The notes beneath the pieces were generated by a model, which was not told the DNA's origin, searched no databases, and was given only the letters and a program-made list of their open reading frames with translations. Source: Synechococcales cyanobacterium VAR_4_metabat_354 (GTDB taxonomy: Bacteria > Cyanobacteriota > Cyanobacteriia > Cyanobacteriales > Chamaesiphonaceae). From it: a stretch of 64,000 nt of DNA. The stretch lies in contig JANOQI010000041.1 in assembly GCA_031414775.1 (NCBI GenBank), forward strand, positions 32,001 to 96,000. The letters are read 5' to 3'. The translations under genes and the position numbers were made by a program. This document shows positions 19,523-28,527 of this stretch, piece by piece (within the stretch, counting starts at the first letter, position 1; each line of letters starts with the position of its first letter).

Positions 19523-19818
19523 TATTTAAATTCTTCAAAGTAATATGTTTGTGCAGAGATATTTTCTTTAATACAAATAATACTTTTTATTTAAAGATAT
19601 TAATATATTACGATATTTACAAGAGATGAATGTATCTGCTAGACAGCAAAACTGTTGTCTAGAGGTGTTTCTTCAGCTAGCTATTTAACTTTTGTTTGAA
19701 TTGTAGCGTATTTGACACAAATATTTGTGACAGATTTTATATATAAAACTAGAGTTTTATTAATATGTGCCACAATGATTGTAATTTGAAATAATTAAGC
19801 GAATTACCCATAATAAAT

Positions 19819-20217
19819 ATGGAAATTTTAAATGATTTCTTAGCACTTTCCCGCGTTTTAACTGGGGAAGATTCTCTAGATACAGCTTTATCAGCAGAAT
19901 ATTTGGAGCGGCTACAGCAAGTTTATACAGATGGTTTAAGTGCACTTATTACTGCTTTTAATAGCCTGGACTCTTGTGCTGATGTAACGACAGAACTAGA
20001 TAGCCTATTGGACTTAGATCAAAACCTAGCTAATACTGCCAAACAAATTATTAGAATTTGGTATTCAGGCCAATTTAATGAGCCAGATGGCACTATTAAT
20101 GGTCCAAAAACTCCAGAACAATATCGATCAGGACTGCTCTGGCAGATTATTCATGCTCATGCCCCTGGCTATACCAATGGCACATATGGCTATTGGGCAA
20201 CGGCTCCAGAAACTTGA
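19819..20217 (+). CDS. FAD-dependent sugar dehydrogenase small (gamma/SldS-like) subunit, no signal peptide
   Basis: FLALSRVLTG..LD, AKQIIRIWYSG and APGYTNGTYGYWATAP; lies directly upstream of a GMC large subunit. Confidence 0.75.
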   Translation: MEILNDFLALSRVLTGEDSLDTALSAEYLERLQQVYTDGLSALITAFNSLDSCADVTTELDSLLDLDQNLANTAKQIIRIWYSGQFNEPDGTINGPKTPEQYRSGLLWQIIHAHAPGYTNGTYGYWATAPET

Positions 20218-20248
20218 CTAACGCAATACTTTTGTAAGGTGAACTTTT

Positions 20249-21952
20249 ATGGATTACGATATTATCATTGTTGGAGCCGGGGTGGCCGGAGCACTCTGTG
20301 CGTGGAGATTGTCTCAGCAGACAGATCTCAATATTTTATTGATTGATGCCGGTTTGAATGAATTAGACGATAATCAGCGACGGGAGTTTGTTACCACCTT
20401 TGCAGTGGCAACTAACAAAAGTCAGCTTTCGCCCTACGCCAAGTTAGAAAGCAATAAATATGCAGTAAATCAGGATGGGGGCGGAGATAAGTTTTTACTA
20501 AATCGCTATTATGTGCAACCAGGCCCAGATTTGTTTAAAAGTGCTGGGGTGAAGATGGTAGGCGGCAGCACTTGGTCTTGGCGGGGGAATACACCAAGAT
20601 TCATTCCCAGCGATCTGAAGCTGAAAACAGCATACAAAGTAGGAGAAGATTGGCCGATCACTTATGACGACCTTGAGCCTTATTATGTTGAGGCCGAGCA
20701 AGCCATGGGCGTTTCTGGGAATGACGCCGAATGGGATAACTTATTGGGAGCCTATCGTAGTCAACTTTTCCCGATGCCAAATATTGTCCAGAGCTATGGA
20801 TCGCAAAAGGTAAAAGCGGCGATCGATGGCATGGTGATTGACGGCAAAACTATTCAGGTTGTGAGTACCCCTCAAGCCAGAAACTCTCAAGAATACGATG
20901 GGCGATCAGCTTGTCAAGGGAACTCTAGTTGTATTCCGATCTGTCCGTCGGGAGCAAAATATGATTCTTCAGTTCACCTGAAAAAAGCATTAGCCAATGG
21001 CGTAACTCTGAAAAAAAGCTCTGTCGTGACCAGACTGAAAGCCGAAGAGAATGGTGATGTTAATACTGTTTTCTTTAAGGATTGGTCAACACCAGACAAA
21101 AAAGAACAGTCTTTAACTGGCAGAATCATCGTGCTGGCTACCCACGGTATTGAAACTCCCCGGCTGTGGTTATCATCCCCAACTTTACGTAATCAAAGCG
21201 ATCAAGTGGGTAGAAACTTAATGGATCACCTGGCGGAGGAAGTGACCGGCTTGTTTCCGGAGGCTGTTTTTCCGTTTCGTGGGCCTCAAAGTACTGCCAG
21301 CATTGAGGTGTTTCGCGATGGAAAATTCCGTGAGATCTGCGGGGCGTTTCGCCTGACGGTTGGTAACGATGCTTGGGGGCGGAAAGAACACCCCTTCAAA
21401 TCCTTAGACAATTTGATGGTAGAAGATCTTGGTCTGGATGCCAGTGGTAAGAAAAAGACTGGTATCCGATTTGGTAAAGATCTGCGCAACCGTCTAGAGG
21501 ATCGAATTACAAGGATGGTAAGAATCGGCTATTCGACAGAAATGTTGCCCCACAAAGATAACCGGGTCACGTTATCCGATGAAAAAGATGCTTTCGATTT
21601 AGTTCGACCTAAAATCACCTTGAAAATAGATGATTACTCCAAGAAAGCTTTGGCCTATGGATATAGTGTCGCCAAGCGAATCTTCGATCAAATGAATGGG
21701 GAAGAAGAGGTCGATCCGATCGCCCCAACTTTTGACTACAACGGGGCAGGCCACCCCATGGGCACTTGCCGAATGGGCAATAACCCTAACACCTCTGTGG
21801 TGGATTCTCAAGGTCGATCGCATGAGCATCGCAATCTCTATGTGGTGGGATCTAGCGTTTTTGTAACGGGTGCGACAGCCAACCCCACGCTGACGATCGC
21901 TGCTCTAGCTTTACGGACAGCTGATGCAATTAAAACAAATTTGACGGTATAA
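20249..21952 (+). CDS. GMC flavoprotein, FAD-GDH/SLDH large-subunit type
   Basis: DIIIVGAGVAG, VGGSTWSW, DWPITYDDLEPYY, Cys cluster CQGNSSCIPICPSGAKY, VGRNLMDH, HPMGTCRMG and ANPTLTIAALALR. Confidence 0.9.
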   Translation: MDYDIIIVGAGVAGALCAWRLSQQTDLNILLIDAGLNELDDNQRREFVTTFAVATNKSQLSPYAKLESNKYAVNQDGGGDKFLLNRYYVQPGPDLFKSAGVKMVGGSTWSWRGNTPRFIPSDLKLKTAYKVGEDWPITYDDLEPYYVEAEQAMGVSGNDAEWDNLLGAYRSQLFPMPNIVQSYGSQKVKAAIDGMVIDGKTIQVVSTPQARNSQEYDGRSACQGNSSCIPICPSGAKYDSSVHLKKALANGVTLKKSSVVTRLKAEENGDVNTVFFKDWSTPDKKEQSLTGRIIVLATHGIETPRLWLSSPTLRNQSDQVGRNLMDHLAEEVTGLFPEAVFPFRGPQSTASIEVFRDGKFREICGAFRLTVGNDAWGRKEHPFKSLDNLMVEDLGLDASGKKKTGIRFGKDLRNRLEDRITRMVRIGYSTEMLPHKDNRVTLSDEKDAFDLVRPKITLKIDDYSKKALAYGYSVAKRIFDQMNGEEEVDPIAPTFDYNGAGHPMGTCRMGNNPNTSVVDSQGRSHEHRNLYVVGSSVFVTGATANPTLTIAALALRTADAIKTNLTV

Positions 21953-22253
21953 ACAAGGTCAAAAATCATGGCAAAAGCAATTGAAGAGCTCCAGCTGGCT
22001 GGAGGAAGCCGGAGCTGAGTCTGCCTGCTCGGTGGGCGATCGATCTTAGTAAAAATGATGATGTATTAATTCCCCCGCAGGAGTATCACACGATCCCTCA
22101 TGTTGAAGATCGTTTATTTATTGCTGCTGACTACTTACCACTGTTTGAAAAAGCTGGGTGGCGACAGCTATAGCCATCGTTGCCAGGACGTAAACTGCGG
22201 CTCAGCAGTAGATAAAGAGATTTACCAGAGAATACCAATAAGTAACTACATTT

Positions 22254-23357
22254 ATGAACAGATTATGTACCAGCCTAACGATTATTTTGATGTCAGCGAT
22301 TACCTCCGGTATAGCAAAGCTGAACGATCCATGGTCGATTCCAGTGGCTAATGCTCAGATTCCCCCCGCCGGCACATTTACCGCCACTCAAATCTGTCCG
22401 ACTCCTAAAAAAATTGCTGGTGGCAATCCAGGGAATGTTCAAACAGTTGTCGGCAAAACTTATAGTACGGTGGGGTTTAATTCGGCAGCACGCACCTATA
22501 TTTTGCTCAAAATTGCTGGTGCTACCCCCAGTCAACGCTGGGTTAAAAGTAGTTGTGGCGATTTTCAAGCTAGTGCTTCCCCTCCGCCGGGTTCAGGCAA
22601 CATCAATCTTCTTCCTTTCTTCGATAATCAAGATAATCCGATCCCTGTCAACTTTCCGGTAGGCAGTTCCAAAGATATCACCCCACCGCCACCGCAGTTA
22701 GAACCATTCGATCGAAGAGTTTTAGCTATGTGTGGAACAGGATTTAACGCGCCAGTAAGTGAACAAAGCTTTAGAAAATTATTGCAAGATTATCCTGATG
22801 TTTTTAGTAAGCTTAAAAATGCTGCTGGAGGTAGCATCAAACCTAATCGAGGTACCGATGCTCCTTTCGCTGACGATTTAGTCCAAATATGGTTCAGCCA
22901 AAGGGGTTTCAAGCATATTTTGTGCGGTGAAATCAGTGATAAACGACGGCCTAATAATGTGCCAATTCTAGATGGATTACATTTCTCTGGGCGCTACTTA
23001 CAACTTCAACAACAGTCTGGTACTAAAACTGGGCGCTATAGTGCTGCTGATACACAACAAGAAGTAGTAGATGGAGTGATTTATACTTTTGGGGCAAGAG
23101 TTGTTAAAGGAAATACTTTAGTCGCTGAAGCACCGATTAAAGGCTACTCTTACGTTTTGAATGCTCAAGAAATTCTGATTCATGCAACAAAAGCATTTAA
23201 GGTCTTTAACCCAGGTGCCGGACAGCCACCAGCCTGTCTTTACCAGGTGTCTGACCCCGATGCTGCTCCTTTTCAGGCTGTTTTTGTGAAGAAAGCTGGA
23301 GCGATCCGCACGTTTTACCCAGATGCCACACCTACGGGTAATGCCTGTGGTGGGTAA
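22254..23357 (+). CDS. Secreted EndoU-like nuclease with N-terminal beta domain
   Basis: Signal-peptide-like N-terminus; GFKHILCGE, GLHF and C-terminal IRTFYPD motifs of bacterial EndoU domains. Confidence 0.7.
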   Translation: MNRLCTSLTIILMSAITSGIAKLNDPWSIPVANAQIPPAGTFTATQICPTPKKIAGGNPGNVQTVVGKTYSTVGFNSAARTYILLKIAGATPSQRWVKSSCGDFQASASPPPGSGNINLLPFFDNQDNPIPVNFPVGSSKDITPPPPQLEPFDRRVLAMCGTGFNAPVSEQSFRKLLQDYPDVFSKLKNAAGGSIKPNRGTDAPFADDLVQIWFSQRGFKHILCGEISDKRRPNNVPILDGLHFSGRYLQLQQQSGTKTGRYSAADTQQEVVDGVIYTFGARVVKGNTLVAEAPIKGYSYVLNAQEILIHATKAFKVFNPGAGQPPACLYQVSDPDAAPFQAVFVKKAGAIRTFYPDATPTGNACGG

Positions 23358-23376
23358 ATGCAAGATTTAAATGTGG

Positions 23377-24270
23377 CTATTGCGATGAACTCACCGCCTT
23401 TGCTTTAGCCAATAGCGGAAATCCCATCTCTTCACGCTGTGCCACATAAACCTGAGCCACTTGCCTAGCCAAGCCACGCACAGTCCCAATATATCTAGTC
23501 CGCTCTGTTACCGAAATAACCCCGCGCGCATCCAGTAAATTGAAAGTATGCGAGCACTTTAACACGTAGTCTAAACTGGGCATCACCAGCTTACGCTCCA
23601 ATAACTGCTTGGCTTCTTGCTGGTACAAATCGAATAGCGTAAACAACAATTCTGGATTGGCAGCCTCAAAATTATAAGTAGATTGTTCGATCTCATTCTG
23701 AAGAAAGATATCGGCATAGGTGAAAGTATCGTTCCACTGTAGTTTATCGAACGAATTAACCCCTTGTAGCTCTAGACAGAGCCGTTCTAAACCATAAGTG
23801 ATTTCAATCGATACTGGCCGACAATCGATGCCACCGCACTGCTGAAAGTAGGTGAACTGGGTCACTTCCATGCCATCCAGCCAGACTTCCCAGCCCACGC
23901 CCCAGGCTCCCATCGCGGCATCTTCCCAGTTATCTTCTACAAATCGAATATCATGATCTTCGGTTTTAATACCCAAGGCCCGTAAAGAATCCAAGTAAGT
24001 TTCTTGAATGCCACTAGGGGAGGGCTTAATGAGTACTTGATATTGATAGTAGTATTGATAACGATTCGGATTCTCGCCATAGCGACCATCCCCCGGCCTG
24101 CGACAGGGTTCTACATAGGCCACCGCCCAGGGTTCGGGACCAAGCGATCGCAAGAAAGTATGGTGACTTTTGGTGCCTGCCCCTTTTTCAGTATCGTAGG
24201 GTTGAGCAATCATACAACCCTGGTCACTCCAGAACTGGTTGAGAGTAGCGATGACAGATTGAAAATTCAC
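23377..24270 (-). CDS. glyQ: Glycine--tRNA ligase alpha subunit
   Basis: [38 protein letters not shown] and [11 protein letters not shown]. Confidence 0.97.
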   Translation of the reverse strand: MNFQSVIATLNQFWSDQGCMIAQPYDTEKGAGTKSHHTFLRSLGPEPWAVAYVEPCRRPGDGRYGENPNRYQYYYQYQVLIKPSPSGIQETYLDSLRALGIKTEDHDIRFVEDNWEDAAMGAWGVGWEVWLDGMEVTQFTYFQQCGGIDCRPVSIEITYGLERLCLELQGVNSFDKLQWNDTFTYADIFLQNEIEQSTYNFEAANPELLFTLFDLYQQEAKQLLERKLVMPSLDYVLKCSHTFNLLDARGVISVTERTRYIGTVRGLARQVAQVYVAQREEMGFPLLAKAKAVSSSQ

Positions 24271-24288
24271 GTAATATGCTCCGAAAAG

Positions 24289-25380
24289 TTAGCGTAAGAT
24301 ATGGCATTGGGCGTGGTGGCGCAGGAGATGATCGCAGAGTACCAGGGCGACCATCGCTTCGACCATCGGCACCGCCCGGGGTAACACACAGGGATCATGA
24401 CGACCTTTAGCTGCTAGCGTGGTTTCTGTTTTATCGGTATTAACGGTGCGCTGCTCTTTGCGGATCGTCGCGGTGGGCTTAAAAGCTACCCGCATCAGAA
24501 TATTTTCTCCATTGCTGATGCCGCCTTGAGTGCCGCCGGAACGGTTGGTCACGGTGCGGATTTCACCTTGATCGTCGGTATAAAATTCATCGTTATGCTG
24601 ACTGCCGGTTAGTAGGGTACCAGCAAAACCGGAGCCAATTTCAAATCCTTTGGTAGCTGGTAAAGACATCACTCCTTTGGCGATGTCGGCTTCTAACCTG
24701 TCGAACACTGGTTCACCCAAACCTTTGGGCATGCCGCGTACTACGCATTCCACTACCCCGCCGATCGAATCCCCCGAGCGACCAATGGCTTCAATTCGAT
24801 CGATCATCTTCTCCGCCCAGACTGGGTTCGGACAGCGCACAATATTACTCTCCACCTCGGCCATCGTCACCGTATTGCTATCAATTTCGGCCTCTAAATC
24901 TTGGATGCGTTTGACATAGGCAATGACCTCGACACCGGCCACTTGCTTCAGGATTTTTTTAGCGATCGCCCCTGCTGCGACCCGTCCGATCGTTTCCCGC
25001 GCCGAAGATCTACCACCGCCTTGCCAGTTCCGAATTCCATATTTGGCATCGTAAGTGGCATCAGCATGGGAAGGCCGATATTTTTGAGCCATTTCATCAT
25101 AATCTTGTGATCTAGCATCCTTGTTTCGTACCAGAATACTAATCGGGGTGCCAGTGGTTTTTCCCTCAAACATCCCCGATAAAATCTCACAGGTGTCAGT
25201 TTCATTACGGGGTGTGGTTATTTTGCTCTGGCCGGGACGACGGCGATCGAGTTCTAGCTGAATTTCTTCAGCTGTGATTGCTAACAGCGGTGGGCAGCCA
25301 TCGATTACTACTCCGACCCCACCACCGTGGGACTCGCCAAAAGTGGTAATCCGAAATAAATGTCCGAAAGTATTGCCCAT
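24289..25380 (-). CDS. aroC: Chorismate synthase
   Basis: [24 protein letters not shown] and GRHDPCV. Confidence 0.97.
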   Translation of the reverse strand: MGNTFGHLFRITTFGESHGGGVGVVIDGCPPLLAITAEEIQLELDRRRPGQSKITTPRNETDTCEILSGMFEGKTTGTPISILVRNKDARSQDYDEMAQKYRPSHADATYDAKYGIRNWQGGGRSSARETIGRVAAGAIAKKILKQVAGVEVIAYVKRIQDLEAEIDSNTVTMAEVESNIVRCPNPVWAEKMIDRIEAIGRSGDSIGGVVECVVRGMPKGLGEPVFDRLEADIAKGVMSLPATKGFEIGSGFAGTLLTGSQHNDEFYTDDQGEIRTVTNRSGGTQGGISNGENILMRVAFKPTATIRKEQRTVNTDKTETTLAAKGRHDPCVLPRAVPMVEAMVALVLCDHLLRHHAQCHILR

Positions 25381-25479
25381 AGTTCATGCTCTGTTTTGTC
25401 TGCGCCGCCCATCAATGATATAGCAAAGCCACTGAAACTGACAGCGGCCACCAATGCCAGCTGGAATCAGCGCCGCTGA

Positions 25480-27354
25480 TTATTCCACCGTCACTGACTT
25501 TGCCAAATTACGCGGCTGATCCACATCCAATCCTCGCATGGCGGCAATATGATAAGACATCAACTGCATCGGAATTACTGTCAATACCGGCGATAACAAT
25601 TCATCCACATCTGGTACAGGCAAAACCTTGTCAAAGATCTCCGCTGCATCTTTATCGCTAGCCGCAACTACCCCGTACAGATGTGAATCCCGCGCCTTGG
25701 CCTCTTGTGCGTTAGAAATCGCCTTCTCATAAACTTTCCCAGGCATCGCGATCGCGACTACCGGCACTTTAGAATCTAACAACGCAATCGGACCGTGTTT
25801 CATCTCCCCCGAAGGATAGCCTTCGGCATGGATATAGCTGATTTCTTTTAGTTTCAAAGCTCCTTCCAAGGCAATCGGGAAATTAATACCGCGCCCCAAG
25901 AAAATTACATCCTGGGTTTCTAAGAAACTGTGGGACAGCTCTTCGATGTACTTTTCTTGGGTTTCTAGAATCATCTCAATCTGCGAAGGTAGCATCTTCA
26001 GCCCCGCAATTATTTCCTGCATTCTGGTGGGCGTGATAGTCTGCCGTTGATAAGCCAACTCCAGTGCCAAAAAATAAAAGGCCATCAACTGACCCATAAA
26101 AGTCTTGGTCGCGGCCACCCCAATTTCCATTCCGGCATGAGTATCAATCACGGTGCCGACTAAGCGGGCGATCGCACTATCTGTTCTGTTAGTAACGGCC
26201 ATCAACCGCGCTGCATACTTGGCCTCTTTGCTTTGTCGCCGCTTTTGCTCAATCTCGATCGCGGCCAAAGTATCGGCAGTTTCACCCGACTGGGTAATGC
26301 CGATCGTCAGTGTATTGGCCATTAAAGGTGGCGGTGAGTACCGAAACTCAGAGGCGTATTGAATGTGGGTGGGAATCTGCGCTATGTCTTCCAACAAATA
26401 GCGACCAACCATCCCGGCATGGAGACTAGTGCCACAGGCCACAATCTGAATATGCTCTAGGTTGTCCAACAATGCTGCTGGTAGATCGAGCTTAATCGGT
26501 GATTTGCCACTCTCTGGTGTCCAGGCCAAGTCTAGATAAGCTTCTAAACAAGTCCGTACCACTGCTGGCTGCTCATAGATTTCCTTGGCCATGAAGTGCT
26601 TAAAGCCCTGCTTCTCCACCGCGATCGGATTCCAATTTAGAGTGCGGGGAGTTTTGCGCACCTGATCGCCCTTGAAGTTAAAGACTTCATAGCCTTCAGT
26701 AGTCAACCGGGCAATTTCTTCATTCTCCAGCTGTACGACTGTTTGAGTGTATTGCACCAACGCTGGGGTATCAGAAGCACAAAAGTATTCGCCATCGCCT
26801 AAACCCAGTACCAAAGGTGCTTGCTGTCTGGCCACAATTAATTCATCGGGATAGTCGGCAGCGAGAACGGCGATCGCAAAAGCTCCTTCTAGTTGATGCA
26901 CGGCTTTTTGCACCGCATCTAATAGCGAGGTCGCGCCCTGTTTAAAACATTCCGCCAGCAAGTGCGGAATTACTTCAGTGTCAGTCTCCGATCGGAACTC
27001 GTGGCCTTGAAACTTTAATTTATCTCGCAATTCTCGGTAGTTTTCGATGATGCCGTTTTGGACAACGGCGATCCGCCGAGCCGTATCGGTATGGGGATGA
27101 GCGTTATATTCTTCGGGTTTGCCGTGGGTCGCCCAGCGAGTGTGGCCAATGCCAATTTGAGACTGGTTGGAGGAAATTGTAAGCTTCTCCCGTAGATTTT
27201 GGAGCTTGCCCTTAGCGCGAATGCAATCAATCTGGTCGTGATCGATCGTGGCAATCCCGGCCGAATCGTAGCCGCGATACTCCAGCTTTTCTAGACCAGA
27301 TACCAAAATTGACTGGGCTGCTTTGTTGCCAATGTAACCAACGATTCCGCACAT
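25480..27354 (-). CDS. glmS: Glutamine--fructose-6-phosphate aminotransferase
   Basis: MCGIVG N-terminal nucleophile, LEYRGYDSAG, GHTRWATHG, QSGETADT and PRNLAKSVTVE. Confidence 0.98.
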   Translation of the reverse strand: MCGIVGYIGNKAAQSILVSGLEKLEYRGYDSAGIATIDHDQIDCIRAKGKLQNLREKLTISSNQSQIGIGHTRWATHGKPEEYNAHPHTDTARRIAVVQNGIIENYRELRDKLKFQGHEFRSETDTEVIPHLLAECFKQGATSLLDAVQKAVHQLEGAFAIAVLAADYPDELIVARQQAPLVLGLGDGEYFCASDTPALVQYTQTVVQLENEEIARLTTEGYEVFNFKGDQVRKTPRTLNWNPIAVEKQGFKHFMAKEIYEQPAVVRTCLEAYLDLAWTPESGKSPIKLDLPAALLDNLEHIQIVACGTSLHAGMVGRYLLEDIAQIPTHIQYASEFRYSPPPLMANTLTIGITQSGETADTLAAIEIEQKRRQSKEAKYAARLMAVTNRTDSAIARLVGTVIDTHAGMEIGVAATKTFMGQLMAFYFLALELAYQRQTITPTRMQEIIAGLKMLPSQIEMILETQEKYIEELSHSFLETQDVIFLGRGINFPIALEGALKLKEISYIHAEGYPSGEMKHGPIALLDSKVPVVAIAMPGKVYEKAISNAQEAKARDSHLYGVVAASDKDAAEIFDKVLPVPDVDELLSPVLTVIPMQLMSYHIAAMRGLDVDQPRNLAKSVTVE

Positions 27355-27524
27355 GGGATGCTCCTCCAACTCGATAGACTACTCACCGTTATCAGTATGC
27401 CTTTGTTTTTAGCTAATTTATCGTATTTCATGCTACTGACTCGATATTTAACCATTCTGAAATAATCTGAAATCTATTCCAGAAAAGAGCTTCAGCGCAT
27501 TCGTTGCGATTTTTTAATGGTTAT

Positions 27525-28361
27525 TCAGTAGTTCATAATTAATACTTCATTCACCTTGCCTCTTTTTTGGGCATTGGAATTGATGGCGCGGGTGGCCGTG
27601 ATCGTTTCAATTCGATAATCCTGATAGAGATTCAAAATGAATTCAGTATTGGAATTACTCAGCAACACATAACAACCCTGGTTAGATAAATACTCGAAGA
27701 TAGCTCTCAGGCGGACTTGTTCCGATCGATCAAAACCATTAGTATCATAGCCAGTGAATGATGAAGTACTAGAAAGCGGGTCATAGGGCGGATCGAAATA
27801 AATTAAGTCTCCCCTGGTCGCTGTTTGGATAGCTGCTTGAAAATCAAGATTTAGAATTTGGATCTGAGCGGTGTTGAGATAGCTACTAACCGCTCGCAAT
27901 ACGTCTTCGTCTAAGATTTTTGGTGACTTGTATCTGCCAAAGGGTGCATTAAATTGACCTTTGGCATTGACTCGAAACAGGCCGTTATAGCAGGTTTTGT
28001 TTAAGAAAATAATCCGAGCGGCTCGTTCGATCGCTGATTTTTCGGCATAGTCTGGCTGCCGATCCCAGGCTCTAATCTGGTAATAATAAGCTTGATAATT
28101 CCGGTGAGAGCGCAGACTAGCAATTAACTCCTCGACAGAATTCTTAATTGTCAAGTAGCAGTTGATCAATTCTGCATTGCTATCATTGATCACTACTGAT
28201 GATGGGCGTAAATCTAAAAACAGGGCACCCGCTCCCACAAATGGTTCATAGTAGTTCTGATAATCTGGCGGCAAGTACTTAGCTTTGATTTCTGGAACTA
28301 GTTGTCTTTTGCCACCTACCCATTTCAAGAAGGGCTTCACCACCAAATGTTCTTGAAGCAT
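27525..28361 (-). CDS. dam: Dam-family DNA adenine methyltransferase (likely GATC), orphan
   Basis: PFLKWVGGKRQL, YYEPFVGAG, CYNGLFRVN..G.FN.PFG and the DPPY catalytic motif. Confidence 0.88.
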   Translation of the reverse strand: MLQEHLVVKPFLKWVGGKRQLVPEIKAKYLPPDYQNYYEPFVGAGALFLDLRPSSVVINDSNAELINCYLTIKNSVEELIASLRSHRNYQAYYYQIRAWDRQPDYAEKSAIERAARIIFLNKTCYNGLFRVNAKGQFNAPFGRYKSPKILDEDVLRAVSSYLNTAQIQILNLDFQAAIQTATRGDLIYFDPPYDPLSSTSSFTGYDTNGFDRSEQVRLRAIFEYLSNQGCYVLLSNSNTEFILNLYQDYRIETITATRAINSNAQKRGKVNEVLIMNY

Positions 28362-28527
28362 ATACCTGAGCGATCGAACACTTTGTTACTAACCAGATCC
28401 CTCCTATAATGCATTAAAAGTAACTTTTTTGTGGCAAATATTATGGTTTGCTAATAATATTTTTCGGTTCATTCAATTAACCTCAACAACAGAATTAGGC
28501 TCTAAGCATCGATCCTCATCACAATAT

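Noticed and set aside
22100..22351. 83-aa ORF upstream of the EndoU-like gene as a possible immunity or partner gene
   Set aside because: Overlaps the nuclease start out of frame by ~100 nt and shows no recognisable features.
27355..27524. glmS ribozyme upstream of glmS
   Set aside because: The conserved AGCGCC...GACGAGG core was not found.
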